NCBI GenBank assembly: GCA_046498225.1
Contig: JAWOBF010000043.1
Location: 1-64,000 of the forward strand
Reading direction: 5' to 3'
Length of the DNA: 64,000 nucleotides
DNA from: Candidatus Aegiribacteria sp.
Lineage (GTDB): Bacteria > Fermentibacterota > Fermentibacteria > Fermentibacterales > JCC-6
Positions within the stretch are counted from its first letter, which is position 1. Each line of letters opens with the position of its first letter. This document shows, piece after piece, positions 9,592 through 19,765 of this stretch. Below the pieces are notes generated by a model. That model saw only the letters and a program-made list of their open reading frames with translations. It searched no databases and was not told the origin of the DNA. The position numbers and the translations under genes were made by a program.

Positions 9592-10821
9592 TTAGCGGGT
9601 GATTATGCGGGAGACGTCCTTGAAGACTATCAGCAGGAATATCACCAGGATGATTATCATTCCCGTCTGCTGAACCATCTGCACCGTTCGCCTGGAAATC
9701 GGCTTCCCCTTTATGCCCTCTATGATAAGCAGTACCACATGGCCGCCGTCGAGCACCGGTATTGGCAGGAGGTTGAATACCATGATGGCCAGTGAGATGC
9801 TGGCCAGTGTGTACAGGTAGCTCGGAAGCCCTGTCCGGGCCTGCTGGCCCAGGGTCTCCGCGACGTAGATGGGTCCGCCGGAACTCTCCGCAAGTTCCGC
9901 CGGCCTTCCGAACAGTTTGAAAAGGGTGGTCACTATGTAGACCGTGCCTTCGCCGGCCGACTTCACCCCCTCCCATATCGCGGCGAAGATGGGAAGCCTG
10001 ACCCTCTCCGTGGGAAGCCTCGGAGTGACCCCGGTAAGGACCCTGCCGTCGTAGACGCCGGGCGTGACCCAGGCGGTATCCAGCCTTCCCTCCCGGTAGA
10101 ATTCTATTCGAAGCTCCTTCGTGGTACCGGTCACCTGAGCCTGGAAATCGTCCCAGATCCTCACCGGGCTGCCATCCACGGCGACCACGCTGTCCCCGGG
10201 GCGGATACCGGACTCGTAGGCGGGAAAACCGACCATGGCCTCATCTATCACCGGGGGGACCAGGGGGCGGAAGGGCAGGGAATCGTCAATTATGGAATAT
10301 TCCATCTCCAACCTGCCGGATGGGGTTCCCACCGTCATCGTGCCCTGCTTCCGGGAGAACATCATGTCCAGCATCTGGTAGTAGTCCTGTACCGGCTCTT
10401 CCCCTACGAAAACCACGGTGTCGCCTTCGGCCAGTCCAAGATAGTTGTCCGAACCCCCCGCCACCGCCGGGGCCACGTTCATGTCCCAGCCGACTATGCC
10501 GAAGATTGTTATGAGTATCAGGGCGGTGAGCACCAGGTTCGAGAGGGGACCGGCCAGTGCCACCAGGGCCCGCCGGAGCCAGGAGACATCCGCCACCGGT
10601 TCGCCGGTGGTTCCCAGGTTGACCTTGCAGTAACCGCCCAGGGGCACCAGGCCGATGCAGTACTCCGTCTCACCCATCTTCTTCTTGAAGATATGGGGAG
10701 GAAAACCGATGGAGAACCGCGGAACCGGAAGGCCGGCGATCTTGGACATGATGAGATGGCCCATCTCGTGGAAGAAGACGATGATTCCCAGTCCGAAGAC
10801 TATGGCGAATATGCTCAGCAC
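9592..10821 (-). CDS. rseP: RIP metalloprotease RseP (M50, PDZ domains)
   Basis: HEMGH, GPLSN, NLLPIPVLDGG; follows dxr. Confidence 0.92.
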   Translation of the reverse strand: MLSIFAIVFGLGIIVFFHEMGHLIMSKIAGLPVPRFSIGFPPHIFKKKMGETEYCIGLVPLGGYCKVNLGTTGEPVADVSWLRRALVALAGPLSNLVLTALILITIFGIVGWDMNVAPAVAGGSDNYLGLAEGDTVVFVGEEPVQDYYQMLDMMFSRKQGTMTVGTPSGRLEMEYSIIDDSLPFRPLVPPVIDEAMVGFPAYESGIRPGDSVVAVDGSPVRIWDDFQAQVTGTTKELRIEFYREGRLDTAWVTPGVYDGRVLTGVTPRLPTERVRLPIFAAIWEGVKSAGEGTVYIVTTLFKLFGRPAELAESSGGPIYVAETLGQQARTGLPSYLYTLASISLAIMVFNLLPIPVLDGGHVVLLIIEGIKGKPISRRTVQMVQQTGMIIILVIFLLIVFKDVSRIITR

Positions 10822-11924
10822 AGCCCGTCCACCACCCTCCCGGCCATGGCCCGGGCGCCGCTGTCGGCTTCCATGACGCTGTGAAAGTCGCTCACTGGAC
10901 TCTTATCGTGACCGTTGAGCACCTCCTCTATCACCACAGGAATATGACCGAAGCCGATTCTTCCCTGAAGAAAGGCCTCCACCGCCACCTCGTCGGCCGC
11001 ATTGGCCGCGGCGGGCAGTGTTCCTCCGGCCTTTCCCGCCTCCATCACCGTATGGAAGGCCGGATACCTTTCGGGGTCCACCTTCCTGAATTCCAGGACG
11101 CCCCAGTCCGGGGGTCCGTCGTGAGACAGTCTCATCAGCTCACCATCGGGATAGAGAAGGGCGTACTGTATGGGAACCTTCATGTCCGGCTCCCCCAGAA
11201 GCGCCTTCCAGGAGCCGTCCGGAAGCTTGACCAGGGAGTGGACGATACTCTGTGGATGAACGGCCACTTCCACCGGCAGGTCACCGAAGAGCCATCGGGC
11301 CTCCATGACTTCGAAGGCCTTGTTGACCATGGTGGCGGAATCCACGGTTATCCTTGCGCCCATGTCCCAGGTGGGATGGCTCAGTATCCTGGAAGCCGGA
11401 GCTTCCCGGAGTTCTTCCAGTGGCAGGTCACGGACGGAACCTCCGCTGGCGGTGAGGGTAATCCCCAGCACCGGCCTGTCCTCCCCCAGCAGGCACCTGA
11501 ATATAGTGCTGTGCTCGCTGTCAACGGGAATTATCCTTCCCCGCCGTACGAAATCCTCAAGCAGCTCTCCTCCCACCACCAGGCTCTCCTTGTTGGCAAG
11601 GGCCAGGGAGAGGTCCAGCTCACGGCATAGAAGGCTCGCTTCCAGTCCGGCGCTCCCCACTATTGCGTTCAGCACCACGTCCGCGCCTTCCACCGCTTCC
11701 CTCAGAGCCCCGGGGCCGGAGACCATCCAGGAGGGACATTCACCCCGCGGGTTCACCACGGCGGTGACATTCGGGGAATAGGTCCTGCTCTGCCGGGAGA
11801 GCAGGTCCACGCTGGAGCCGCAGAGCAGGGAATGAAGCTGGAGCTGTTCCGCCCCGTCAATTATCTCCAGCGCCTGTGTGCCTATGGAGCCTGTGCTGCC
11901 GAGGACCGCCACCCTGCGTCCCAT
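10815..11924 (-). CDS. dxr: 1-deoxy-D-xylulose 5-phosphate reductoisomerase
   Basis: LGSTGSIG, LANKESL, PVDSEH, HPTWDMG, NKAFE; start reassigned to MGRRVAV, overlapping the cdsA stop. Confidence 0.95.
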   Translation of the reverse strand: MGRRVAVLGSTGSIGTQALEIIDGAEQLQLHSLLCGSSVDLLSRQSRTYSPNVTAVVNPRGECPSWMVSGPGALREAVEGADVVLNAIVGSAGLEASLLCRELDLSLALANKESLVVGGELLEDFVRRGRIIPVDSEHSTIFRCLLGEDRPVLGITLTASGGSVRDLPLEELREAPASRILSHPTWDMGARITVDSATMVNKAFEVMEARWLFGDLPVEVAVHPQSIVHSLVKLPDGSWKALLGEPDMKVPIQYALLYPDGELMRLSHDGPPDWGVLEFRKVDPERYPAFHTVMEAGKAGGTLPAAANAADEVAVEAFLQGRIGFGHIPVVIEEVLNGHDKSPVSDFHSVMEADSGARAMAGRVVDGLC

Positions 11925-12745
11925 CAGGCCCCCCCCCGCCCGGCGAACAGGTGTAGAAGCAGCCATACGGAGGGTACCACCGCAAGAATGCTGTCGAACC
12001 TGTCCAGAAGCCCTCCGTGCCCCTGGAGCAGGGTTCCGGAATCCTTCACTCCGGCATCCCTCTTTATGGCGGATTCCAGGAGGTCTCCCGCGACCGCGGC
12101 TATACCGCCGGCGGCACCCACGGCCAGCATGACAGGTAGGGGGAACCCGGCGCCGGCTGACCCGGCTATGAGGGCCCCGGCCACCGCCCCCGCCACTCCG
12201 GCGATGAAACCCTCCCATGATTTGGCGGGACTTACCGAGGGGGCCATCCTGTGGTTGCCGAAAGCGCTTCCCACGAAGTATGCCATGGAATCACCCACCC
12301 AGCAGATGAGCAATGGAATGAACATCACCCAGGGAGAGATGAAATCCAGCCTGAGCCTTGCCAGCAGACCGAACCCCAGGGACAGCGCGGCGGTGAGGCC
12401 GATTATTCCGGCGGTCTTCCTTCCGGCTTCCTCCACCCCGTCCCTTATCACCATTATCAACGAGGTGACAGCCCCGGGAATAAAAATGACGGCGATGGAG
12501 AGTTCCGCTTCAAGAAGAGCAACGGCAGCCGTAGCGCCGGAGGTGGTAAGAACGGCGGCTGCCCCGGGCAGACCGGGTCTGCCGGTTCCCAGGAGCTTCA
12601 CCGCCTCCCAGGCTGAAATGGCGGATATCGCCGCGAAGAAAGCCGTGGTGAGAGGGGTGGAATGGATGAGGGCGACCGCCACGAACAGTCCTATTCCGGG
12701 CAGCGCCACCGCAAGCCTGCTGGCAAGGGACTTGAATTCCGGCAT
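11924..12745 (-). CDS. cdsA: Phosphatidate cytidylyltransferase
   Basis: SPAKSWEG, GDLLESAIKRDAGVKDSG..HGGLLDRFDS; start reassigned to MPEFKS. Confidence 0.93.
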   Translation of the reverse strand: MPEFKSLASRLAVALPGIGLFVAVALIHSTPLTTAFFAAISAISAWEAVKLLGTGRPGLPGAAAVLTTSGATAAVALLEAELSIAVIFIPGAVTSLIMVIRDGVEEAGRKTAGIIGLTAALSLGFGLLARLRLDFISPWVMFIPLLICWVGDSMAYFVGSAFGNHRMAPSVSPAKSWEGFIAGVAGAVAGALIAGSAGAGFPLPVMLAVGAAGGIAAVAGDLLESAIKRDAGVKDSGTLLQGHGGLLDRFDSILAVVPSVWLLLHLFAGRGGA

Positions 12746-13458
12746 CAGTCGGGATCCACGGCGCCGAAGCGTCTCTTCCTTCGGCTGAATTCCCGGAAAG
12801 CCTCCCGAAGGTGCTCCCTCCTGAAATCCGGCCACAGCACGTCGGTGAAGTAGAGCTCCGAGTAGGCGGATTCCCACAGGAGAAAATTGGATAGCCTCTT
12901 CTCCCCGCTGGTGCGTATTATCATGTCCGGGTCTGGAACGTCCGGCAGGTAAAGGCTGGAGCCGATAGTCTCCATGTCTATTCCGACGGGGTCTATCTCC
13001 CCCCGTTCCACCCTCAGAGCTATGCTTCTCACGGCGTCCACTATCTCGGCCCTTCCACCGTAGCTCAGGGCCAGGATGAGGTTGAGCCCGTCATTGGCAG
13101 CGGTGCGCTCCATGGCTCCCTGCAGCTCGTCCCGGGGGCCCTGGGGAAGGTCGGCCAGCCTGCCGGTGGCCCTCACCCTGACACGGCTTTCGTCCAGGCT
13201 GTCGATATTGCGTCTGATGAATCTCTTCAGAAGGGTCATTATGAAGCTGACCTCGGCCCTGGGTCTCTTCCAGTTCTCCGTGGAGAAGGCGTAGAGGGTG
13301 AGGTATTTTACTCCCGCCTCCCCGCAGTACTCCACCGAGTCATGTATGGATTTCTCGGCGGCCTTGTGACCCTCTATGCGCCTGAGGCCGCGGGAGCGCG
13401 CCCAGCGGCCGTTCCCGTCCATGATAATTCCAAGATGGACAACGGGGGCTTTGGACAA
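12745..13458 (-). CDS. uppS: Undecaprenyl/polyprenyl diphosphate synthase
   Basis: IMDGNGRWA, FSTENWKRP, IRTSGEKRLSNFLLW. Confidence 0.96.
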   Translation of the reverse strand: MSKAPVVHLGIIMDGNGRWARSRGLRRIEGHKAAEKSIHDSVEYCGEAGVKYLTLYAFSTENWKRPRAEVSFIMTLLKRFIRRNIDSLDESRVRVRATGRLADLPQGPRDELQGAMERTAANDGLNLILALSYGGRAEIVDAVRSIALRVERGEIDPVGIDMETIGSSLYLPDVPDPDMIIRTSGEKRLSNFLLWESAYSELYFTDVLWPDFRREHLREAFREFSRRKRRFGAVDPD

Positions 13459-13463
13459 GATGC

Positions 13464-14021
13464 TCAGACCTCTAGTATCTCTGTCTCTTTTGCCTCGAGG
13501 TACCGGTCTATCTCGGCAACGGCCTCGTCCGCCACCTTCTGTATCTCTGCCAGTCCCCTGTACTCCTGGTCCTCGGTGATGTCCCCGTTCTTCCTGGCGC
13601 TGTGAAGCTCATCGTTGCCGCTCCTTCTAACGTTCCGAACGGCCGTTCTGCCCTGCTCGGCCAGCTTTTTCACATGGCGGCTGAGCTCCTGCCTGCGTTC
13701 ATCGGAAAGTTTCGGGACCGGGATCCTTATAACCGGTCCGTCCACCGAGGCCTGAAGCCCGAGGTCGGACTTCTGTATGGCCCTGACGATGGCTTCGGAA
13801 GTGGAGGGATCGAAGGGCTGTATGACTATCAGTCTGGGCTCCGGGGCCGATATTCCAGCCACCTGCTTGATGGGATGGGTTCCGCCCCAGCACTCCACTC
13901 TGAGATTGTCCAGCAGGGCAGGGCTGGCCTTGCCCGTCCTTATAACGGCCATCTCCCTGGCGGTGCTCTCCACCGCGGCCTTCATCCTTGCTCTCTGGTC
14001 CTTGAGTACTTCATCTATCAT
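13464..14021 (-). CDS. frr: Ribosome recycling factor
   Basis: IRTGKASPALLD, VRNVRR; conserved synteny. Confidence 0.96.
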   Translation of the reverse strand: MIDEVLKDQRARMKAAVESTAREMAVIRTGKASPALLDNLRVECWGGTHPIKQVAGISAPEPRLIVIQPFDPSTSEAIVRAIQKSDLGLQASVDGPVIRIPVPKLSDERRQELSRHVKKLAEQGRTAVRNVRRSGNDELHSARKNGDITEDQEYRGLAEIQKVADEAVAEIDRYLEAKETEILEV

Positions 14022-14745
14022 CTTCGATTCCCCCTATCAGGCTTCCAACCGACGGATCTCTGTAAACTCCGACTATGTTCTCCGGCTTCAGTATATCGAA
14101 AACACTAATAGGAAGGTCCGCGTCACGGCAAATGGCCACCGCCGCCGCGTCCATTACCCGAAGCCCCATCCTCAGGACCTGATCGTGCGAGATGGTCTGA
14201 AAACGGCGGGCGTTCGGATCACTCTCGGGGTCGGCGTCGTAGATGCCGTCCACCTTGGTGCCCTTGAGAAGTCTCTCACAACCTGTCTGGACCGCCCGCA
14301 GAGCGGCCGCGGTATCGGTGGTGAGGCAGGGATTGCCGGTTCCCCCGGAGTATATCACGATGAACCGCCTTTTCAGGTAATCAACCGCGCGGTCAGGGTC
14401 GAATGTCTCGAAGACACCCTCTACCGGTATGGCGGACAGCACCACCGCCTTCCCTCCCCTGTTCCTGAGTGCGTCCCTCAGGGCCAGGCCGTTCATCATG
14501 GTGGCAAGCATGCCCATCTGGTCTCCGGTTATGCGGCCGGCTACCTCCAGGTCTTCCCCGCGAATGAAGTTCCCCCCGCCGATGACTATGCCGGTGGCGC
14601 AGCCTTCGGCCGCCAGGTCCAGCACCGCGGCGGCCAGGCTGTCAAGTGTGGCGGGATCAATTCCGTGTCCGGCGGGTCCGGCCAGGACCTCCCCGCTCAC
14701 CTTCAGGAGAACCCGGTGGAGGTCGGGGCGGTCTTCCCCGGCCAT
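14011..14745 (-). CDS. pyrH: UMP kinase
   Basis: RVLLKVSGE, GGGNFIRG, GTGNP..TTDTAAALRA, DGIYDADP. Confidence 0.96.
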   Translation of the reverse strand: MAGEDRPDLHRVLLKVSGEVLAGPAGHGIDPATLDSLAAAVLDLAAEGCATGIVIGGGNFIRGEDLEVAGRITGDQMGMLATMMNGLALRDALRNRGGKAVVLSAIPVEGVFETFDPDRAVDYLKRRFIVIYSGGTGNPCLTTDTAAALRAVQTGCERLLKGTKVDGIYDADPESDPNARRFQTISHDQVLRMGLRVMDAAAVAICRDADLPISVFDILKPENIVGVYRDPSVGSLIGGIEDDR

Positions 14746-15344
14746 CAGGTCCCTATGGAGAACCTGGCGAAGCGGTTTATTACGATGTTCTCCCTCAGTT
14801 TGCCTATCAGATCGGTAAGGGCGTCCTTCACGGTGCCCACCTCGGGATCATCGGCCCATTCCTGGTCCAGCAGACAGGTTTCGGAGTAGAATTTCTCCAT
14901 TCTGCCGTCGATTATCTTCTCGATTATCTCCGGTGGCTTGCCCGAACCCTCCAGCTGCGCCATGAGAACCCTCCTCTCCGCCTCCACGGCCTCCCGGGAA
15001 AGTTCTTCCCTGGAGACGACGGCGGGCGGGTAGGCGGCTATGTGCATGGCGACCTTCTTCGCGAAATTCTGAAAGTCATCGGTCCTCGCCACGAAATCGG
15101 TCTCGCAGTTTATCTCCACCAGTACGCCCAGTTTGCCCGGAGGGTGGATGTAGGCTGTCACCAGCCCCTCTTCCGCTTCCCTGTGAGCCTTCTTCGAAGC
15201 CACCTTTATACCTTTTTCCCTGAGCAGAGTGATGGCTTTCTGCATGTCTCCACCGCTCTCCTCGAGGGCGTTCTTGCAATCGAGCATACCGGCTCCGGTG
15301 GCTTTTCTCAGCTGCTTGAGGTCATTCAGATCTACAGCCATCAT
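14745..15344 (-). CDS. tsf: Elongation factor Ts (short form)
   Basis: LRKATGAGMLDCK, EINCETDFVA. Confidence 0.96.
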   Translation of the reverse strand: MMAVDLNDLKQLRKATGAGMLDCKNALEESGGDMQKAITLLREKGIKVASKKAHREAEEGLVTAYIHPPGKLGVLVEINCETDFVARTDDFQNFAKKVAMHIAAYPPAVVSREELSREAVEAERRVLMAQLEGSGKPPEIIEKIIDGRMEKFYSETCLLDQEWADDPEVGTVKDALTDLIGKLRENIVINRFARFSIGT

Positions 15345-16339
15345 TCACCTGAGTCCTTTCCTTCATCGGAATCTTCCGCGGCTTCTTCCGCCGGGGCGGA
15401 GGGTTCCTCTTCCTTCTTCTCAGCCGTCTTCCTGGAAGTCCTTCTTACGGTCTTCTTCTTTTCGGGGGCTTCTTCTGTATCGGCTGAAGTCTTCTTGCCG
15501 GCCGTCTTCTTCCTTCTGACGGGCTTTCTGGCCTTAACCGGCTCATCATCTTCATCATCGTCGACGGCATCATCAGCCTGCCCTGCCGGCGCGCTCTCCT
15601 TCGGCGCCTTCGCGTCCACATCATCCGCGGGCTTCTCCTCTTCGTCCCGGCTGCGGGCGCCCTCGGCTCCCAGGAGCGCGTAATCGGCCATGGTTCCCAC
15701 TATCATGGATATGGACTTGATGGCATCGTCATTCCCGGGTATCGGGTAATCGACTTCGGTGGGGTCGCAATTCGTGTCGACGATGCCCACGCAGGGAATG
15801 TTCAGTTTCCTGGCCTCCCTGACTGCTATCTGCTCCTTCTTTATATCCACCACTACGATGACTCCGGGAAGCTCCTTCATGTCCCTGATGCCCGAGAGGT
15901 CCTTCTCCAGCTTGTCGCGGTGGCGCTTCTTCCTCAGGATCTCCTTCTTGGTGAGACTGCCCGGATAGCCTTCCTTCTCCAGCTTCTCCAGCTCCACCAG
16001 GGTCTGTATTCCTCCGGAGATCGTGGCGAAGTTGGTGAGCATGCCGCCCATCCAGCGCTCCGTGACGAAAAACTGTCCGCATCGGACCGCGTGCTCTCGG
16101 ACGCATTCTCTGCCCTGCTTCTTGGTGGCGACGAAAAGTACGCTCTTTCCGGAGGCCACGGTCTTGGCTACCAGATTTGCAGCGTCCTCCAGCATCTCGC
16201 GGGATTTCTTCAGGTCAATGATATGTATGCCGTTACGGGCCATGAAGATGTAGTTGCGCATCTTCGGGTTCCATCTGCTCTTCTGATGGCCGAAGTGTAT
16301 TCCGGCCTCCAGCATTTCCTGCATGGAAGGTATCTGCAT
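15341..16339 (-). CDS. rpsB: 30S ribosomal protein S2 with long charged C-terminal tail
   Basis: MLEAGIHFGH..WNPKM, RWMGGMLTNF, DTNCDP, PGNDDA. Confidence 0.97.
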   Translation of the reverse strand: MQIPSMQEMLEAGIHFGHQKSRWNPKMRNYIFMARNGIHIIDLKKSREMLEDAANLVAKTVASGKSVLFVATKKQGRECVREHAVRCGQFFVTERWMGGMLTNFATISGGIQTLVELEKLEKEGYPGSLTKKEILRKKRHRDKLEKDLSGIRDMKELPGVIVVVDIKKEQIAVREARKLNIPCVGIVDTNCDPTEVDYPIPGNDDAIKSISMIVGTMADYALLGAEGARSRDEEEKPADDVDAKAPKESAPAGQADDAVDDDEDDEPVKARKPVRRKKTAGKKTSADTEEAPEKKKTVRRTSRKTAEKKEEEPSAPAEEAAEDSDEGKDSGE

Positions 16340-16349
16340 CGACTGTTCC

Positions 16350-16438
16350 TTTCGGTTATCCTCCGACCGGTTTGAACCGGACCAATCCCCATCCTGGTGA
16401 GGGGGACACCGGGTCGGTCACCGCCGGCCGTGTGTGAT
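16350..16438 (-). promoter_or_regulatory. Putative rpsB (S2) leader, t44-like RNA
   Basis: Minus strand CACACACGG...GC-rich stems...GGAGGATAACC immediately upstream of the rpsB SD; resembles conserved ends of t44/S2 leaders. Confidence 0.6.
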
Positions 16439-16442
16439 GATG

Positions 16443-16463
16443 GCGCGGCGGAATCCGCCGCGC
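16443..16463. other. GC-rich hairpin just downstream of rpsI (no U-tract)
   Basis: gcgcggcgg-aat-ccgccgcgc, 9-bp perfect stem. Confidence 0.6.
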
Positions 16464-16473
16464 GGGTTCTCTC

Positions 16474-16860
16474 TTACCTCTTGGAGAACTGGAATCTCTT
16501 CCTTGCCTTTGGCTGACCGTACTTCTTTCTCTCCACTTTCCTCGGGTCGCGCCTGAGCATTCCCTCGGCCTTGAGAGAGGGTCTGAAGTCCGGGTTTATC
16601 TCCACCAGTGCCCGGGCTATGCCCAGCCTGATGGCGCCGGCCTGTCCTGTTATTCCGCCTCCGCGCACGTTTACCGTTACATCAAAGTCCCTGGACACCC
16701 CAAGAAGCTCCAGCGGCTCCAGAGCGTGCTCCAGCTGCCATAGGTCGCAGAAGTACTCTCCCGGTTCCCGGTGGTTTATCCTTACCTGTCCCTTGCCCGG
16801 CTTGAGATAGCATCTGGCGGTAGAACTCTTTCTTCTTCCGACTCCGATTTGCTGTTTCAT
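16474..16860 (-). CDS. rpsI: 30S ribosomal protein S9
   Basis: GRRKSSTAR, GGGITGQAGAIRLG, RKVERKK...QFSKR; start reassigned to MKQQIG. Confidence 0.97.
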   Translation of the reverse strand: MKQQIGVGRRKSSTARCYLKPGKGQVRINHREPGEYFCDLWQLEHALEPLELLGVSRDFDVTVNVRGGGITGQAGAIRLGIARALVEINPDFRPSLKAEGMLRRDPRKVERKKYGQPKARKRFQFSKR

Positions 16861-16877
16861 ACGTCCACCCTTGACCG

Positions 16878-17306
16878 CTACAGTTCCAGAACCTGGGGGT
16901 TCTGCGCCTGATGAGTGTGTTCGCTCCCGGCGAAAATCTTCAGTTTCTTTATCTGCTGTTTCGCCAGCCTGTTCTTGGGGAGCATTCCCCTGACGGCTTT
17001 TCTGAGAATCCTGTCCGGGTGCTTCTGCAGCATCTCTTTCATGCTCGTGGTCTTTCTGCCCCCGGGATATCCGGTGTGCCTTCCGTACTCCTTCTGCTCC
17101 AGCTTCCTTCCGGTGAAGTCCATCTTCTCCACATTGGTCACTACGACGAAGTCGCCGGTGTCGATATGGGGAGTGTACACCGGTTTGTTCTTGCCCTGAA
17201 GAATTACGGCGATCCTGGATGCCAGTCTGCCGGGAGAGTGTCCGGCGGCGTCCACGTGCCACCATTTCCTCTCGATCTCCCCCGTCTTGGCCGAATAAGT
17301 CTTCAC
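16878..17306 (-). CDS. rplM: 50S ribosomal protein L13
   Basis: WWHVDA, GRLAS, KNKPVYTPHIDTGD, AVRGMLPKN; GTG start with GGAGG. Confidence 0.97.
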   Translation of the reverse strand: MKTYSAKTGEIERKWWHVDAAGHSPGRLASRIAVILQGKNKPVYTPHIDTGDFVVVTNVEKMDFTGRKLEQKEYGRHTGYPGGRKTTSMKEMLQKHPDRILRKAVRGMLPKNRLAKQQIKKLKIFAGSEHTHQAQNPQVLEL

Positions 17307-17562
17307 TTCTTACAAACCTCCACTATGGATAGCGTCCGAGCCCTCCAGTTTTCCGTGAGATTGAAATAACTGGAACACAACATTTTATAATACCCCCTCG
17401 GCAAATGAAAAACGCACCTGTCCTCGCTTCCCGCTCTCGTCTGCGCCCGCAACGCCTTAGGCGAAAAACAGTCGACAGCGGAAACTCCGAAGGGAACCGC
17501 TAAACTGTTAGAATTTCAAGAGAAAGTCAAGGTCGGGGCCGATCCGCTCCCGGCGATGTCCA

Positions 17563-18072
17563 TCACCCATGGCCGCCGTCCAGCACTTTTTTCAGCATGT
17601 CCGGAGAACATACCCTCACTCCGCCTTTCCCGAGAACGGCCAGCAGTTCGTCGTTCCAGCGGGCCGCCGCCACCCAGAGGGTGACGCCCGCCCTTTCAGC
17701 CGCGGCCGACCTGCCCACCAGGGACAGCGCCCTCTTTCCCGGGGGCACCCGGTGTGCGAAGGACTGGGGCATGACCGCCACGCCGTCCCGAAAGAAAGGT
17801 ATGAGGAGAGTTATTCCCTGCCACGGCTCCAGCCTCAGGGGCCGGCTGAAGCCCATGCCGCGCAGTTCCTCCCATACATGACCGTAGATGAACCTGCCCT
17901 GTCTCGACGGCAGAGGCTCACCCAGAACCGTCACGCCGGCGGCGGGGGGCGGAACAGGCGAACTGAGAACCCCTGCCATGACCTCGGGAAGATGGGAGGG
18001 GAGCGGTCCCGGATCCCCGATTATCCTTCTTCCCAGTTCGGTCCAGAAGAAGAGGTACCACCTGTTTCTCAA
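17563..18072 (-). CDS. Hypothetical protein coupled to recX
   Basis: TTG start overlaps the recX stop; fills the space with same-strand coding sequence. Confidence 0.55.
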   Translation of the reverse strand: MRNRWYLFFWTELGRRIIGDPGPLPSHLPEVMAGVLSSPVPPPAAGVTVLGEPLPSRQGRFIYGHVWEELRGMGFSRPLRLEPWQGITLLIPFFRDGVAVMPQSFAHRVPPGKRALSLVGRSAAAERAGVTLWVAAARWNDELLAVLGKGGVRVCSPDMLKKVLDGGHG

Positions 18073-18707
18073 TCCGGCGGCCCCCCGGAAGAGCCAAGAG
18101 CCTCCTCCAGCACCCTTCGCACCAGGTCGAAACTGAAGCCTCTTCTCCTGAGATATCCGGATGCTCTGCGGAAAGCCCTTTGATGTTCCATATTCCCGTA
18201 CTTCCCTTCGATCTCCCTGACCAGGACAGAGTGGAGCTCTTCCTCGTCACGGCCGGCCAGGATTTCCTCAACCACATTCGAAGGGACCCCCCGCTCAAGA
18301 AGCTCCATCCTTATTCGAAAGTTGCCCATGGGAGACCTGCGAGAGTGGCTGCTTACGAAAATTTCCGCGTACCGCCTGTCATTCACAAGTCCGGTGTCCG
18401 TCGCCCATCCGCTGATATCGCTCACCACCGCGGAATGGTAGCCCCTTCTTTCCAGGTAGGAGCGAAGCTGCTTCATGGTACGCTCGCCGGCCGAGATATA
18501 CCTCTGCGCATCGCTTCCGGCCCGGGGGAGCTGCTCCCGGCGCGCCAGCCCGTCCATTTCCGCAGGCAGCACCGGCAGGCCGGGGCGGATGCCCGCGCTG
18601 TCCACCGCCCTCTCCGGCAGAAGCCAGGACCCTTCGGTCGCGCGCACCAGGACCCATCCTTTCCTGACCTTCTCGATGTCGGTTACCGGGACGCGGTTAT
18701 TCCCCAT
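18069..18707 (-). CDS. recX: Regulatory protein RecX
   Basis: [28 protein letters not shown]; directly follows recA. Confidence 0.88.
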   Translation of the reverse strand: MGNNRVPVTDIEKVRKGWVLVRATEGSWLLPERAVDSAGIRPGLPVLPAEMDGLARREQLPRAGSDAQRYISAGERTMKQLRSYLERRGYHSAVVSDISGWATDTGLVNDRRYAEIFVSSHSRRSPMGNFRIRMELLERGVPSNVVEEILAGRDEEELHSVLVREIEGKYGNMEHQRAFRRASGYLRRRGFSFDLVRRVLEEALGSSGGPPD

Positions 18708-19746
18708 CCTCCTGCTTCTCTTCAGCTGCGCCCCCGGGGCTCGGAATGCTCAGCTTCTCCCTTATCTGGCTTTCCAGCTGCTGGGCCAGCTCCGGGTTCT
18801 CGACCAGGAAGACCCTGCTTTTCTCCTTGCCCTGCCCAAGCTGGATATCACCCATGGAGTACCATGTGCCTCTCCTGGTCACCAGGTCGTTCTCCATTCC
18901 CAGGTCGATCAGTTCACTTTCCCTGGAGATACCGTACCCGTGGAGTATATCGCACTCCGCCTTCCTGAATGGGGGGGCCAGCTTGTTCTTCACCACCTTG
19001 ATGCGGGTCCTGCTTCCGATGATGTCCTCTCCGTCCTTGAGAGAGGCCACCCGCCTGACGTCCAGCCTCACGCTGCTGTAGAATTTCAGCGCCCTGCCTC
19101 CGGTAGTGGTCTCCGGATTGCCGAACATCACGCCTATCTTCATCCTTATCTGGTTTATGAAGACCACCGCGCACTTGGACTGGGAGACGACGCCGGTGAG
19201 CTTCCTCAGCGCCTGGGACATGAGGCGGGCCTGAAGACCCACGTGGCTGTCCCCCATCTCCCCCTCTATCTCTGCCCTGGGCACCAGGGCGGCCACCGAA
19301 TCGATTACCACCACGTCCACCGCGTTGCTCCTGACCAGCATCTCGGTTATCTCCAGGGCCTGTTCGCCGTTGGATGGCTGGGACACCAGCAGATCGTCGA
19401 TATTGACTCCCAGGTTTTCCGAATAGACGGGATCCAGCGCGTGTTCCGCGTCGATGAAGGCCACCTCGCCTCCCAGCTTCTGGGCGCTGGCTATTATGTG
19501 GAGGGCCAGGGTGGTCTTGCCGGACGCCTCGGCTCCGTAGATCTCGGTCACCCTCCCCCTGGGAATCCCACCGATGCCCAGCGCCGCGTCGAGGGCGATG
19601 GACCCGGTGGGTATTACGTCCACCTTCATGTGAACGTTCTCTCCCAGTCTCATAACCGCGCCCTGGCCGAACTGCTTCTGTATCTGGTGGAAAGCCGCTT
19701 TAAGCGCTTTATCCCTGTCCTCGGAACCGCTCTTCTTACCCGCCAT
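18697..19746 (-). CDS. recA: Recombinase RecA
   Basis: [40 protein letters not shown]; start reassigned to MAGKK after GAGGTG. Confidence 0.99.
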   Translation of the reverse strand: MAGKKSGSEDRDKALKAAFHQIQKQFGQGAVMRLGENVHMKVDVIPTGSIALDAALGIGGIPRGRVTEIYGAEASGKTTLALHIIASAQKLGGEVAFIDAEHALDPVYSENLGVNIDDLLVSQPSNGEQALEITEMLVRSNAVDVVVIDSVAALVPRAEIEGEMGDSHVGLQARLMSQALRKLTGVVSQSKCAVVFINQIRMKIGVMFGNPETTTGGRALKFYSSVRLDVRRVASLKDGEDIIGSRTRIKVVKNKLAPPFRKAECDILHGYGISRESELIDLGMENDLVTRRGTWYSMGDIQLGQGKEKSRVFLVENPELAQQLESQIREKLSIPSPGGAAEEKQEDGE

Positions 19747-19765
19747 GGGATCACCTCTCAGATTG

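Noticed and set aside
14745..15344. EF-Ts looks truncated (199 aa)
   Set aside because: Short EF-Ts is a known natural form in several phyla; the gene is intact and coupled to rpsB and pyrH
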